NCBI GenBank assembly: GCA_041629335.1
Contig: JBFKNN010000002.1
Location: forward strand, 1 to 59,325
DNA: 59,325 nt
DNA from: Burkholderiales bacterium
GTDB lineage: Bacteria > Pseudomonadota > Gammaproteobacteria > Burkholderiales > SG8-41
Direction of reading: 5' to 3'
How positions within the stretch are numbered: position 1 is the first letter of the stretch; every line of letters starts with the position of its first letter. The translations under genes and the position numbers were made by a program. The notes beneath the pieces were generated by a model. That model saw nothing but the letters and a program-made list of their open reading frames with translations. It ran no database searches and had not been told where the DNA came from. Shown one piece after another: positions 31,163 through 39,867 of this stretch.

Positions 31163-32494
31163 TCACGAGAACCCGGGTGCCGCCGGGCGCGCGCCCGCGT
31201 CCCCGGGCACCAGGAAAATCTGCAGCAAATCATTGAGAAAGCGCTGCCCCCTGCGCGTGGGCACGACCCGCCGGTGATCGCGCGCGATGAGACCCCGGCG
31301 CTCGGCCTCGGCAAGCCCCCGCAGCACCGCATTGAGCGGCACGCCCGTCCGTTCCTCGAACAGGCTCAGGTCGAAACCGTCATTGAGCCGCAGCGCGTTC
31401 ATCATGAACTCGAACCCGACCTCCCGTGCGTCGACCGGCTGCTCCTGCTGGACCGCGGCGCCCTCGACCGCGCTTTTCATGTACTGGGCGGGCTGACGGT
31501 AGCGCACCTGACGCACGATGCGGTCGCGCAATGAAAGCTTGCTGTGCGCGCCCGCGCCGATGCCCAGATAGTCGCCAAAGGTCCAGTAGTTGACGTTGTG
31601 CGCGCAGCGAGCGCTGCGCCCGGTGACGGGTGACGAGTGACGAGTGACGGGCAAACCGCCAACCGATCCTTGCGCCAGCGCGCGTTCAGTCCGCCTTGCG
31701 AAGGCGGATGTTTCATAGTGCTCGTAGCCCGCCGCCGCGAGCGCGCTCTCGAGCGCGATTTGCATCTCGGCGCCCGTCTCGTCATCCGGCAGCTGCGGCG
31801 GGTAGCGATGGAAGTAGGTGTTGGGCTCCAGCGTCAAATGGTATGCGGAGACGTGCTGCGGCGCGCATGCGATTGCCGCATCGATGTCGGCGCGCGCCTC
31901 GTCGAGCGTCTGGCCCGGCAGCGCGTACATCAGATCGAGATTGATGTTGTCGAAGCTCGACTGCGCGATGGCCACTGCGCGCCGCGCCTCGTTGTCGTCG
32001 TGGATGCGCCCGATCGCCTTCAGCAGCCGCGGATTGAAGCTCTGGATGCCGATCGAGAGGCGATTCACACCCGCGGCGCGGAAGTCGCGGAATTTCCCTG
32101 CCTCGACCGTCCCGGGGTTCGCCTCCAGCGTGATCTCGGCATCGGCTGCGAGCGGCAGGCGCGCGCGCACCGCGGCAAGGATCGCGTCTATGCTCCTTGC
32201 CGAGAACACGCTCGGCGTGCCGCCGCCGATAAAGACCGTGCAGACCCTGCGCCCCCACGCGAGCGGCAGTGCCGCCTCGAGGTCGGCCACGAGCGCCGCA
32301 ACGTAATCGTCCTCCGGTATCGCGCCGCGCGCTTCGTGGGAATTGAAGTCACAGTAGGGGCATTTTCTTGCGCACCACGGAATATGGATATAGAGCGCGA
32401 GCGGCGGCAGCGCCGCAAACCGCGGCGCTGCGCAACGGGTAACGGGTGATGCCTGAACCATGCCGGGCCCGATCGTCATTCCATTGCCCATCAT
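31163..32494 (-). CDS. hemW: Radical SAM haem chaperone HemW (coproporphyrinogen III oxidase-like), carrying an about 25-aa repeat-derived insertion
   Basis: LYIHIPWCARKCPYCDFNS (CxxxCxxC), GGGTPS, NLDLMYALPGQT, HNVNYW. The ATG overlaps the rdgB stop (ATGA). Confidence 0.9.
   Translation of the reverse strand: MMGNGMTIGPGMVQASPVTRCAAPRFAALPPLALYIHIPWCARKCPYCDFNSHEARGAIPEDDYVAALVADLEAALPLAWGRRVCTVFIGGGTPSVFSARSIDAILAAVRARLPLAADAEITLEANPGTVEAGKFRDFRAAGVNRLSIGIQSFNPRLLKAIGRIHDDNEARRAVAIAQSSFDNINLDLMYALPGQTLDEARADIDAAIACAPQHVSAYHLTLEPNTYFHRYPPQLPDDETGAEMQIALESALAAAGYEHYETSAFARRTERALAQGSVGGLPVTRHSSPVTGRSARCAHNVNYWTFGDYLGIGAGAHSKLSLRDRIVRQVRYRQPAQYMKSAVEGAAVQQEQPVDAREVGFEFMMNALRLNDGFDLSLFEERTGVPLNAVLRGLAEAERRGLIARDHRRVVPTRRGQRFLNDLLQIFLVPGDAGARPAAPGFS
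31613..31640. repeat. Four tandem heptamers (GTGACGG GTGACGA GTGACGA GTGACGG) inside the hemW coding sequence
   Basis: Read directly. On the coding strand it translates to PVTRHSSPVTG. Confidence 0.9.
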
Positions 32495-33120
32495 GCATCG
32501 CCCGTTGCGCGCTCGCGCAGCCGCATGACGAGCTGTGCAAGCGCCTGGCCGCGGTGACTCGCCCCGTTCTTCTCATCCGGAGAGAGCTCCGCCGCCGTGC
32601 GGCCGAGACCGGGCAAGAGGAAGTACGGATCGTAGCCGAAGCCGCCGCTGCCGCGCGGCGTGTCGATCAGCTCGCCGTGCCAGCGGCCCTCGGCGATCAG
32701 CGGTTCCGGGTCCTCGGCATGGCGCACCAGGACGATAACGCAGTAATAATGCGCGCGCCGGTCGGTCTTGCCCCTCAGGAGCGCGATCAGCTTCTCATTG
32801 TTGCGCCGGTCCTGGTCGTCGCGCGCAGCCCCCGACGCTCCGGGCACGAGCCCCGCGAAGCGCGCCGAGTGCACTCCAGGCTCCCCGTCCAGCGCCGCGG
32901 CGCAAATCCCCGAGTCGTCGGCAAACGCAGGCAATGCAGCGTGGCGGCTCGCGTGCCGCGCTTTCGCGAGCGCGTTCTCGACGAACGTGGCGTGCGGCTC
33001 TTCGGCATCGGTGATGCCAAGCTCCGCCTGCGGCACGATCTCCATGCCGAGCAGCGACAGCATCTGGCGGAATTCGCGCAGCTTGCCGGGGTTGCTGGAG
33101 GCGAGAACGAGTTTCTTCAC
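32491..33120 (-). CDS. rdgB: dITP/XTP pyrophosphatase (RdgB/HAM1 family)
   Basis: MKKLVLASSNPGKLREF..., FADDSG, GFGYDP. Confidence 0.92.
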   Translation of the reverse strand: MKKLVLASSNPGKLREFRQMLSLLGMEIVPQAELGITDAEEPHATFVENALAKARHASRHAALPAFADDSGICAAALDGEPGVHSARFAGLVPGASGAARDDQDRRNNEKLIALLRGKTDRRAHYYCVIVLVRHAEDPEPLIAEGRWHGELIDTPRGSGGFGYDPYFLLPGLGRTAAELSPDEKNGASHRGQALAQLVMRLRERATGDA

Positions 33121-33183
33121 GTCGAGAGCGTCGCCGCAGAGTTTGGTTCGAGAACGTCAGGAATCACAATCAAAACCCGTCTT

Positions 33184-33311
33184 GCCGCCAAGGTCGCCAA
33201 GAACGCCAAGTTTGAACGGTCGCATGCAGCCCGCGCCACGCCGCTTCGAATTATCGCGGATCGCCTTGCCAGGTTCGTTCGTTTTCCTGCGCTCTTGGCG
33301 CTCTTGGCGGC
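33184..33311. repeat. Inverted-repeat element with GCCAAGA-type 9-mer arms (GCCGCCAAGGTCGCCAAGAACGCCAAG ... CGCTCTTGGCGCTCTTGGCGGC)
   Basis: Arms read directly. Fills the rph-rdgB intercistronic gap and abuts the rph stop codon. Related to the element at 25644..25835. Confidence 0.8.
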
Positions 33312-34033
33312 TAATCATTCAACGCCTGCTTCTGCGCGGCGACCAGCCGCCGGATGCCGCGCTCGGCGAGATTGAGCATCGCATCGAGCTCCGCACGCGT
33401 GAATGGCGCCCCTTCGGCCGTTCCCTGCACCTCGACCAGCCCGCCGCCGCCCGTCATCACCACGTTCATGTCGGTGTCGCAGCGGAAGTCCTCGATGTAG
33501 TCGAGATCGAGCACCGGCGTGCCCTCGAACACGCCGACCGAGACCGCCGCCACATGATCCCGCAGCGGTGTCGCGGCGATCAGCTGCTTGTCGAGCAGCA
33601 GCCGCACCGCGTCGTGCAGCGCAACGTACCCGCCGGTGATCGCCGCGGTACGGGTGCCGCCGTCGGCCTCGATGACGTCGCAGTCGACGTGGATCGTACG
33701 CTCGCCCAGCCCGCCGAGATCGACCACCGATCGCAGCGCCCGCCCAATCAGCCGCTGAATCTCCTGGGTCCGGCCCGACTGCTTGCCGCGCGCCGCCTCG
33801 CGGTCGGAGCGGGTGTTCGTCGAGCGCGGCAGCATGCCGTACTCCGCGGTCACCCAGCCCCGGGTCGTTCCCTTCAGGTGCGGCGGCTGCTTGTCCAGCA
33901 CGCTCGCAGTGCATATGACTTTGGTATGGCCGCACTCGATCAGCACCGAGCCTTCGGCGTGGCGCGTATAGCGCCGCGTGATCTGCAGCTTGCGCAGTTC
34001 ATCGGGCTTTCTTCCGCTCGGACGCGTGGTCAT
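33311..34033 (-). CDS. rph: Ribonuclease PH
   Basis: [44 protein letters not shown]... over the full length. Start is the internal ATG 34033 of ORF 33311..34759. Confidence 0.95.
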   Translation of the reverse strand: MTTRPSGRKPDELRKLQITRRYTRHAEGSVLIECGHTKVICTASVLDKQPPHLKGTTRGWVTAEYGMLPRSTNTRSDREAARGKQSGRTQEIQRLIGRALRSVVDLGGLGERTIHVDCDVIEADGGTRTAAITGGYVALHDAVRLLLDKQLIAATPLRDHVAAVSVGVFEGTPVLDLDYIEDFRCDTDMNVVMTGGGGLVEVQGTAEGAPFTRAELDAMLNLAERGIRRLVAAQKQALND

Positions 34034-34078
34034 GCTATCGTTCCAGTTTAGTGTGCAAAACGGAATTATAAGGCGACC

Positions 34079-34951
34079 GTGAGCGCAATTTACAGCATGA
34101 CCGGCTACGCGGCGGCGGCGCGCGAGTTCGCCTATGGCGCGCTCAACCTCGAGGTTCGCTCGGTCAACCATCGCTATCTCGACATCCAGTTCCGCCTTCC
34201 CGACGAGCTGCGCAGCGTCGAGCCGCAGTTGCGCGAGCTGCTGTCGACGAGGGTCGTGCGCGGAAAGGTGGAATGCCGCGTTCAGTTCAGTCCGCTCGCC
34301 GCCGCCCGACGGACGCCAGAGCTTGACGAGGCGCTGCTGCAGCAGGTGATGCAGCTCGACACCAAGATTCGCATCGCTTTTCCTTCCGCCTCGAACCTGC
34401 GCGTGGCGGACATCCTGCGCTGGCCCGGCATGCTGGGTTCGGATACGCTGCCCACGGACGAGCTGAAAGCCGCCTGCCTCGAGCTGCTGACGGCGGCGCT
34501 CGAGGATTTCAACGCCTCGCGCGCGCGCGAGGGGGAAAAGCTGAAGACCTTGCTCGAAGATCGCGCAAGCGCCATGGAGAAGCTGGTCGGGGAAGTCGCG
34601 CCGCGCATGCCGAAGCTGCTCGCGGCATATCAGGAAAAACTGACCCAGCGCCTGCGCGAGGCGATGGCGGGCGCCGACGAGGAGCGCATCCGGCAGGAAG
34701 TGGCGCTGTTCGCCAACAAGATCGACGTCGACGAGGAGCTCACCCGGCTCACTGCCCACATCACCGAGCTGAGACGCATCGTGCGCGATGGCGGCGCCGC
34801 GGGCAAGCGGCTGGATTTCCTGATGCAGGAGCTCAATCGCGAAGCCAACACGCTGGGCTCCAAATCGGCCGACATCGGGGTGACACAGACAGCGATGGAA
34901 CTGAAGCTTCTGATCGAGCAGATGCGCGAACAGATCCAGAACATCGAATAG
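34079..34951 (+). CDS. yicC: YicC-family stress-induced protein
   Basis: MTGYAAA...[18 protein letters not shown]..., C-terminal [13 protein letters not shown]. The start could be ATG 34097. Confidence 0.88.
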   Translation: MSAIYSMTGYAAAAREFAYGALNLEVRSVNHRYLDIQFRLPDELRSVEPQLRELLSTRVVRGKVECRVQFSPLAAARRTPELDEALLQQVMQLDTKIRIAFPSASNLRVADILRWPGMLGSDTLPTDELKAACLELLTAALEDFNASRAREGEKLKTLLEDRASAMEKLVGEVAPRMPKLLAAYQEKLTQRLREAMAGADEERIRQEVALFANKIDVDEELTRLTAHITELRRIVRDGGAAGKRLDFLMQELNREANTLGSKSADIGVTQTAMELKLLIEQMREQIQNIE

Positions 34952-34953
34952 CC

Positions 34954-35115
34954 GAACTGCGTGAAGAGTGACGGGTGACGAGGTGAGGGAGCGCGTAGAC
35001 GCATGAGCAGTTCTGTCATCCAGGCAGCGAAATGCCGGCGAGAGCGCCTGATCTGCGGGTCATGGCCCGGCACTCTCGAAGTGCGGCTCGTCACTCTTCA
35101 CTCGTCACGCAGTTC
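34954..35115. repeat. MITE-like element: terminal inverted repeats GAACTGCGTGA.../...TCACGCAGTTC containing heptamer arrays (GTGAAGA GTGACGG GTGACGA GGTGAGG; complement TCGTCAC TCTTCAC TCGTCAC)
   Basis: Read directly. Occupies the whole yicC-gmk intergenic region. Confidence 0.85.
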
Positions 35116-35120
35116 CAGCA

Positions 35121-35729
35121 ATGAGCGGTAGCCTCTTCATCGTCAGCGCGCCCTCCGGCGCCGGCAAGACGAGCCTGGTTGCGGCATTGCTCGCGGCCGA
35201 CCCCCAGGTGCGCAAGTCCGTCTCGTACACCACCCGCAGCCCGCGCCCGGGCGAAGCCGACGGGCGCGAGTACCATTTCGTATCCGGTGCGGCGTTCGAG
35301 CAGATGGTCAAGCGCGGGGAGTTCCTCGAGCACGCCCTGGTGCACGGCAACCGTTACGGCACCGGACAGAAGTGGGTCGCGGCGCAGGTCGCCGAGGGCC
35401 ACGACATCGTGCTCGAAATCGACTGGCAGGGCGCAGCGCAGATCCGCAGGCTCGAACCGGCGGCGGTGAGCGTGTTCGTCCTGCCTCCCTCCCTCGCCGC
35501 CCTCGAAGCACGACTGACGGGGCGCGGCCAGGACCGGCCGGAGGTGATCGCCCAGCGCCTAGCCAACGCGCGCGAGGAGATCAGCCATGTCGGGGAGTTC
35601 GATTATGTTATTATTAATGAAGAGTTTAACCGCGCGGCGCAGGAGCTGTTGAGCATTTTCAGGGCGGAAAGGCTTAAGTCGCTCCGCCAGCTTGCCCGCC
35701 ATGCGGATTTGATCAACCGATTGAAGTAA
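35121..35729 (+). CDS. gmk: Guanylate kinase
   Basis: LFIVSAPSGAGKTSL, TTRSPRPGE, EIDWQGA. Confidence 0.95.
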   Translation: MSGSLFIVSAPSGAGKTSLVAALLAADPQVRKSVSYTTRSPRPGEADGREYHFVSGAAFEQMVKRGEFLEHALVHGNRYGTGQKWVAAQVAEGHDIVLEIDWQGAAQIRRLEPAAVSVFVLPPSLAALEARLTGRGQDRPEVIAQRLANAREEISHVGEFDYVIINEEFNRAAQELLSIFRAERLKSLRQLARHADLINRLK

Positions 35730-35741
35730 CAGAGGTAACCC

Positions 35742-35948
35742 ATGGCACGCATCACCGTCGACGACTGTCTGAAAAACATCCCCAACCGCTTCGAGATGTC
35801 GCTCGCGGCGACTTATCGCGCGCGGCAAATCACCAACGGCGCACAGCCGATGCTCGAACCGAACCGCGACAAGCCGACCGTGATCGCGCTGCGCGAGCTG
35901 GCCGCCGCGAAGTACGGCCCCGAGATCCTCAACAAGGCGCAGCCCTGA
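35742..35948 (+). CDS. rpoZ: RNA polymerase omega subunit
   Basis: [30 protein letters not shown]... Confidence 0.95.
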   Translation: MARITVDDCLKNIPNRFEMSLAATYRARQITNGAQPMLEPNRDKPTVIALRELAAAKYGPEILNKAQP

Positions 35949-35954
35949 GAAACA

Positions 35955-36082
35955 AAGGATGAAGGCGGAAGGCGGAAGGCGGAAGGATGAAGGACCTCTC
36001 GGGAACCCGCGCGGCGGCTGTCCCGATTGTCCGCACCGGGCCCCTTTCATCCTTCATCCTTCATCCTTCATCCTTCATCCTT
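35955..36082. repeat. Hairpin of opposed heptamer arrays: (AAGGATG/AAGGCGG)x6, a 47-nt spacer, then (TTCATCC)x5
   Basis: Read directly. Fills the rpoZ-spoT intergenic region. Confidence 0.9.
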
Positions 36083-36099
36083 GAGGTTCCCCGGCCCCC

Positions 36100-38214
36100 A
36101 TGGGTGAAGCCGCCACGCTGTTCAAGGAATGGTCCGGCTACCTGAAGCCGGAGGACCTGTCGCAGCTCGAGTCGGCCTACCAGTTCAGCGAAGCCGCCCA
36201 CCAGGGCCAGTTTCGGCAGTCGGGCGAGCCCTACATTTCACACCCGCTCGCGGTGGCGAGCATCCTCGCGCAGTGGCACCTCGACTCGCAGGCGCTGACC
36301 GCGGCGCTGCTGCACGACGTGATGGAGGACACCTCGGTCACCAAGACCGAGATCAGCCGCAACTTCGGCAAGTCGGTCGCCGAGCTGGTCGACGGTCTCT
36401 CCAAGCTCGACAAGATCGAATTCGAGACGCAGGAGAAGGCGCAGGCCGAGAATTTCCGCAAGATGCTGCTTGCAATGGCGCGCGACGTGCGCGTCATTCT
36501 GATCAAGCTCGCCGACCGGCTGCACAACATGCGCACCCTCGACGCGGTCGAGCCGGTCAAGCGCCGGCGCATCGCGCGGGAGACGCTCGACATCTATGCG
36601 CCGATCGCCAACCGCCTGGGGCTGAACGCGATCTACCAGGAGCTCGAGGACCTCTCGTTCAAGCATCTCTATCCCGACCGCTACCGCGTGCTCTCCAAGG
36701 CGGTCAAATCCGCGCGTGGTAATCGCCGCGAGGTGGTGGGAAAAGTGATGGAGTCGATCAAGAAGCGGCTCAAGGACAACAAGCTCGATGCGGAAGTGCA
36801 CGGCCGCCAGAAGCACCTCTACTCGATCTATCGCAAGATGCGCGAGAAACAGCTCACTTTCGCGCAGGTGCTGGACGTGTTCGCGTTCCGCATCATCGTC
36901 AAGGACGTGCACGCGTGCTATATCGCGCTCGGCGCCCTGCACGGACTGTTCAAACCGATTCCGGGCAAGTTCAAGGACTACATTGCCATTCCCAAGGCGA
37001 ACGGCTACCAGTCCCTGCACACCCGGCTCTTCGGCCCGTTCGGCGCGCCGATTGAAGTGCAGATACGCACCGCCGAGATGCACAAGATCGCCGAGGCGGG
37101 CGTCGCGTCACACTGGCTGTACAAGAGCTCCGACACCACGTTCTCCGACCTGCAGAAGAAGACCCACCAGTGGCTGCAGAGCCTGCTCGAGATGCAGTCC
37201 GAGTCGGGCGACTCGATCGAGTTCCTGGAGCACCTGAAGGTTGATCTCTTCCCGGACGAGGTCTACGTGTTCACGCCCAAGGGGCAGATCCTGGCGCTGC
37301 CACGCGGCGCCACCGGCGTCGACTTCGCCTACGCGGTGCACACCGACATCGGCAACCGTTGTGTCGCGGTCAAGATCAACCAGGAGCTGATGCCGCTCCG
37401 CACCGAGCTCCGCAATGGCGACCGGGTGGAGATCATCACCGCCGCGCATGCGCGGCCCAACCCGCTGTGGCTCAATTTTGTCATCACCGGCAAGGCGCGC
37501 TCGCACATCCGCCACTTCCTGAAGACCATGCACTACCAGGAGTCGGTGCAGCTCGGGGAGCGCCTGCTCAACCAGGCGCTCGGCACGTTCGGCTCGAGCC
37601 TGGCCGGTGTCACCGAGCCGCAGTGGGACAAGCTGGTGCGGGACTCGAGCGGCAAGTCGCGCCAGGACGTTCTCTCGGACATCGGGCTCGGCAAACGCCT
37701 GGGCGTGGTAGTCGCGCGCCAGCTGCTCTCCGTGGGCGAGCCGGCCGACAGCGAGTCTCAGTCCCTCGGCACCGTCATTATCCGGGGCTCCGAGGGCATC
37801 GCGGTCCAGTTCGCAAAGTGCTGCAAGCCGATTCCCGGCGACCCCATCATCGGCCTGGTCAGCAAGGGCCAGGGGATGGTGATCCATACCCATGACTGCG
37901 CGGTCGTCGCCAAGACGCGCACCGACCCCGACCGCCAGATCGACGTCGCCTGGGGCCCGGACACCAAGAAGCTGTTCGAGGTCAGCATCAAGCTGGTGGT
38001 GGCAAACCAGCGCGGGGTGCTCGCCCGGGTGGCGGCGGAAATCGCCGAGGCGGGCTCCAACATCCAGAACGTCGTGGTAAATCCCGAGGACGGCGGCAGC
38101 TACACCGATATGCACTTCACGCTGCAGGTGGCGAACCGCCTGCATCTCGCGCAGATCATGCGCGGTCTGAGGCGGGTGCCCGAGGTGGTGCGCATCACCC
38201 GCGTGCAAGGCTGA
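36100..38214 (+). CDS. spoT: Bifunctional (p)ppGpp synthetase/hydrolase (RelA/SpoT homologue)
   Basis: HD domain HPLAVASIL...HDVMEDT, synthetase GYQSLHT, TGS and C-terminal ACT domains. Confidence 0.93.
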   Translation: MGEAATLFKEWSGYLKPEDLSQLESAYQFSEAAHQGQFRQSGEPYISHPLAVASILAQWHLDSQALTAALLHDVMEDTSVTKTEISRNFGKSVAELVDGLSKLDKIEFETQEKAQAENFRKMLLAMARDVRVILIKLADRLHNMRTLDAVEPVKRRRIARETLDIYAPIANRLGLNAIYQELEDLSFKHLYPDRYRVLSKAVKSARGNRREVVGKVMESIKKRLKDNKLDAEVHGRQKHLYSIYRKMREKQLTFAQVLDVFAFRIIVKDVHACYIALGALHGLFKPIPGKFKDYIAIPKANGYQSLHTRLFGPFGAPIEVQIRTAEMHKIAEAGVASHWLYKSSDTTFSDLQKKTHQWLQSLLEMQSESGDSIEFLEHLKVDLFPDEVYVFTPKGQILALPRGATGVDFAYAVHTDIGNRCVAVKINQELMPLRTELRNGDRVEIITAAHARPNPLWLNFVITGKARSHIRHFLKTMHYQESVQLGERLLNQALGTFGSSLAGVTEPQWDKLVRDSSGKSRQDVLSDIGLGKRLGVVVARQLLSVGEPADSESQSLGTVIIRGSEGIAVQFAKCCKPIPGDPIIGLVSKGQGMVIHTHDCAVVAKTRTDPDRQIDVAWGPDTKKLFEVSIKLVVANQRGVLARVAAEIAEAGSNIQNVVVNPEDGGSYTDMHFTLQVANRLHLAQIMRGLRRVPEVVRITRVQG

Positions 38215-38320
38215 GCCGCGATCGCGGCGGTCTGGCGGAAACAGGCGGTATCAGCGTGATTTCGGCGGTACGACCACCAGCATTTCCGAAGCGACTTTCT
38301 TGATCCGGTCGACCCGGCTT

Positions 38321-38575
38321 TCAGCGGCGCCGGCCGCAGATGCTGTGGCCGTCGTTCCAGCCCATCATGTAATCGACCTCGTCGCGGTAACGGTCCTGGT
38401 CCTTGCGCGACAGGAGCGAGCGCGCGCTTTCACAGCCGTCGGCGTAGCCCTGCTTGAACTCGGCCGAGTAGCCGGCGAGGTTGACCTCGCGCGGCGGCGG
38501 CTTGAGTCCGCCGCAGCCCGGAATGAGCGCAGTGGCCACCGCAGCCAGCGCCAGTCGTGATAAGCCCCTGTTCAT
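38321..38575 (-). CDS. Small lipoprotein of unknown function
   Basis: Lipobox ALIPGC after a signal peptide (MNRGLSRLALAAVATALIPGCGG). 84 aa. Last gene of a possible three-gene minus-strand unit. Confidence 0.55.
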   Translation of the reverse strand: MNRGLSRLALAAVATALIPGCGGLKPPPREVNLAGYSAEFKQGYADGCESARSLLSRKDQDRYRDEVDYMMGWNDGHSICGRRR

Positions 38576-38652
38576 CTTCAGCCCCTCGTCACCGGCCCGA
38601 ATCCATGCAACACGCGCGTGTTGGCTGCCGGACGGACCGCCAGCCGGTGATT

Positions 38653-38955
38653 TTACTTCGTGATGCTCACGATTCGTGGATCCTCTGCCTCGCTCTCCAG
38701 TGCCGGCTCGCCGGCAAGGAAACTCCGGAGCGCACGGTAGGGCGGGTATCGTGAACCGGTCTTGGCGCAGTAGTCGTCGATCGAGCGCGTCAACGCCTTG
38801 AATGCGAGACGGATGAGCTGTGTATCCGCTTCGAGCCGCGTGCGCGCGATGTCGCCCAGGCGCAGCCTCACCTCAAGCAACTCGATTTCGATCGCCTCGT
38901 CACCGCGAAATTCCGCAGCGACGCGCTTGATGCGCCCATGAGCCAGCTTGTTCAC
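38653..38955 (-). CDS. Hypothetical small protein (about 100 aa)
   Basis: GTG 38955 is preceded by GAGGGAGG. Only this tail of track ORF 38653..39408 has non-artefactual composition. No family recognised. Confidence 0.45.
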   Translation of the reverse strand: MNKLAHGRIKRVAAEFRGDEAIEIELLEVRLRLGDIARTRLEADTQLIRLAFKALTRSIDDYCAKTGSRYPPYRALRSFLAGEPALESEAEDPRIVSITK

Positions 38956-39074
38956 ATGACCTCCCTCTTGAATATGCGCCGCAGAAGACCCGGGCGCGGA
39001 GCATCGCCACACCCGCGTCTGCGGAGTTGCGCTGCCTTTGTCGGCCGACGCGCCGCGGAAGCAAGGCTTCGAGG

Positions 39075-39677
39075 TCAGCCGGCAACGATTCCGTCGGCGG
39101 TGATCCGCACCTTCTGGCCGACGGAAACCGCGGGCTGCGAGCGTTCGAAGAACGTGCGGAAGCTGCCGTCTTCCATGCGCACGCGGATCTCGAAGGTGAC
39201 GCCCTGTTTCATATTCTTCTCGATCTCGTTGCCGGCGTAGGCCCCGGCACCGGCACCAACGACCGTCATCGCCGTGCGACCGCCGCCGCGCCCGACCTGA
39301 TTGCCGAGAATGCCGCCGACGACGCCGCCCGCCACGGCACCGAGCCCGCTCGGCGGTGCTTGGGCCTCGAGCGCGCGGATAGAATTCACCACGCCGCAGT
39401 CGGCACAAACCCCGACCGCGACAGCGGGGCTGACGGCTGCCGCGGCAGCCCTGGCCGGCAACGCGGCGGGACCCGTCCTTGCCCCGGCCTTGGCGGGCGA
39501 GGCCGTGGGTCGAGGTTCGCTTTTCGAGTTCGCACTCGACATGAGGCCCGTCATGGCGGCGATGCCGATCACGCTAAAGATGATCACGGCAATTGCCGCG
39601 ACGAGCATCGTCGGATAAAGGAGACTGCTCTTCTGGCTGCCCGTCTCGGCAGTGTTGAGTGCTTGCGTGTTCCGCAT
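39075..39677 (-). CDS. Glycine-zipper 2TM domain membrane protein
   Basis: ATG 39677 is preceded by AAGGAG. TM helix MLVAAIAVIIFSVIGIAAMTGL, then glycine zipper GAVAGGVVGGILGNQVGRGGGRTAMTVVGAGAGAYAGNEIE. Confidence 0.75.
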   Translation of the reverse strand: MRNTQALNTAETGSQKSSLLYPTMLVAAIAVIIFSVIGIAAMTGLMSSANSKSEPRPTASPAKAGARTGPAALPARAAAAAVSPAVAVGVCADCGVVNSIRALEAQAPPSGLGAVAGGVVGGILGNQVGRGGGRTAMTVVGAGAGAYAGNEIEKNMKQGVTFEIRVRMEDGSFRTFFERSQPAVSVGQKVRITADGIVAG

Positions 39678-39735
39678 GGCATGCTCCTTTGTGGTTGCGC
39701 GCGTGGCCGCCGCGCAGCGTGTCCACAGACCTGCG

Positions 39736-39752
39736 AGCAACTCCCATGCCTA
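39736..39752 (-). promoter_or_regulatory. Sigma-54 (-24/-12) promoter candidate for the glycine-zipper gene
   Basis: The minus strand reads TAGGCATGGGAGTTGCT. GG and GC are spaced exactly as in the consensus TGGCACG-N4-TTGCW. It lies about 60 nt upstream of ATG 39677. Confidence 0.65.
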
Positions 39753-39802
39753 CACAATTGTCTCATGTTATCAATTGGTTACATTCTGCGCCGGGTAACG
39801 CC

Positions 39803-39820
39803 TGTCGCTACCGGGCAACA
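39803..39820 (-). promoter_or_regulatory. Imperfect TGTC-N10-AACA site (possible enhancer-binding-protein half-match)
   Basis: TGTCGCTACCGGGCAACA, a 7/8 match to TGTC-N10-GACA. Confidence 0.35.
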
Positions 39821-39867
39821 AGAGCCGCCCATTCTGATTTATCCATATGATTTAACTGGTGTTTTTC

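Noticed and set aside
33311-34759. 482-aa form of the rph ORF, and similar N-terminal extensions of asmA (to 15997), the 38653..39408 ORF, the crotonase (to 52917) and CocE (from 55068)
   Set aside because: The family-typical N-termini begin at internal start codons with ribosome-binding sites. The extensions overlap neighbouring genes or repeats and have the artefactual composition.
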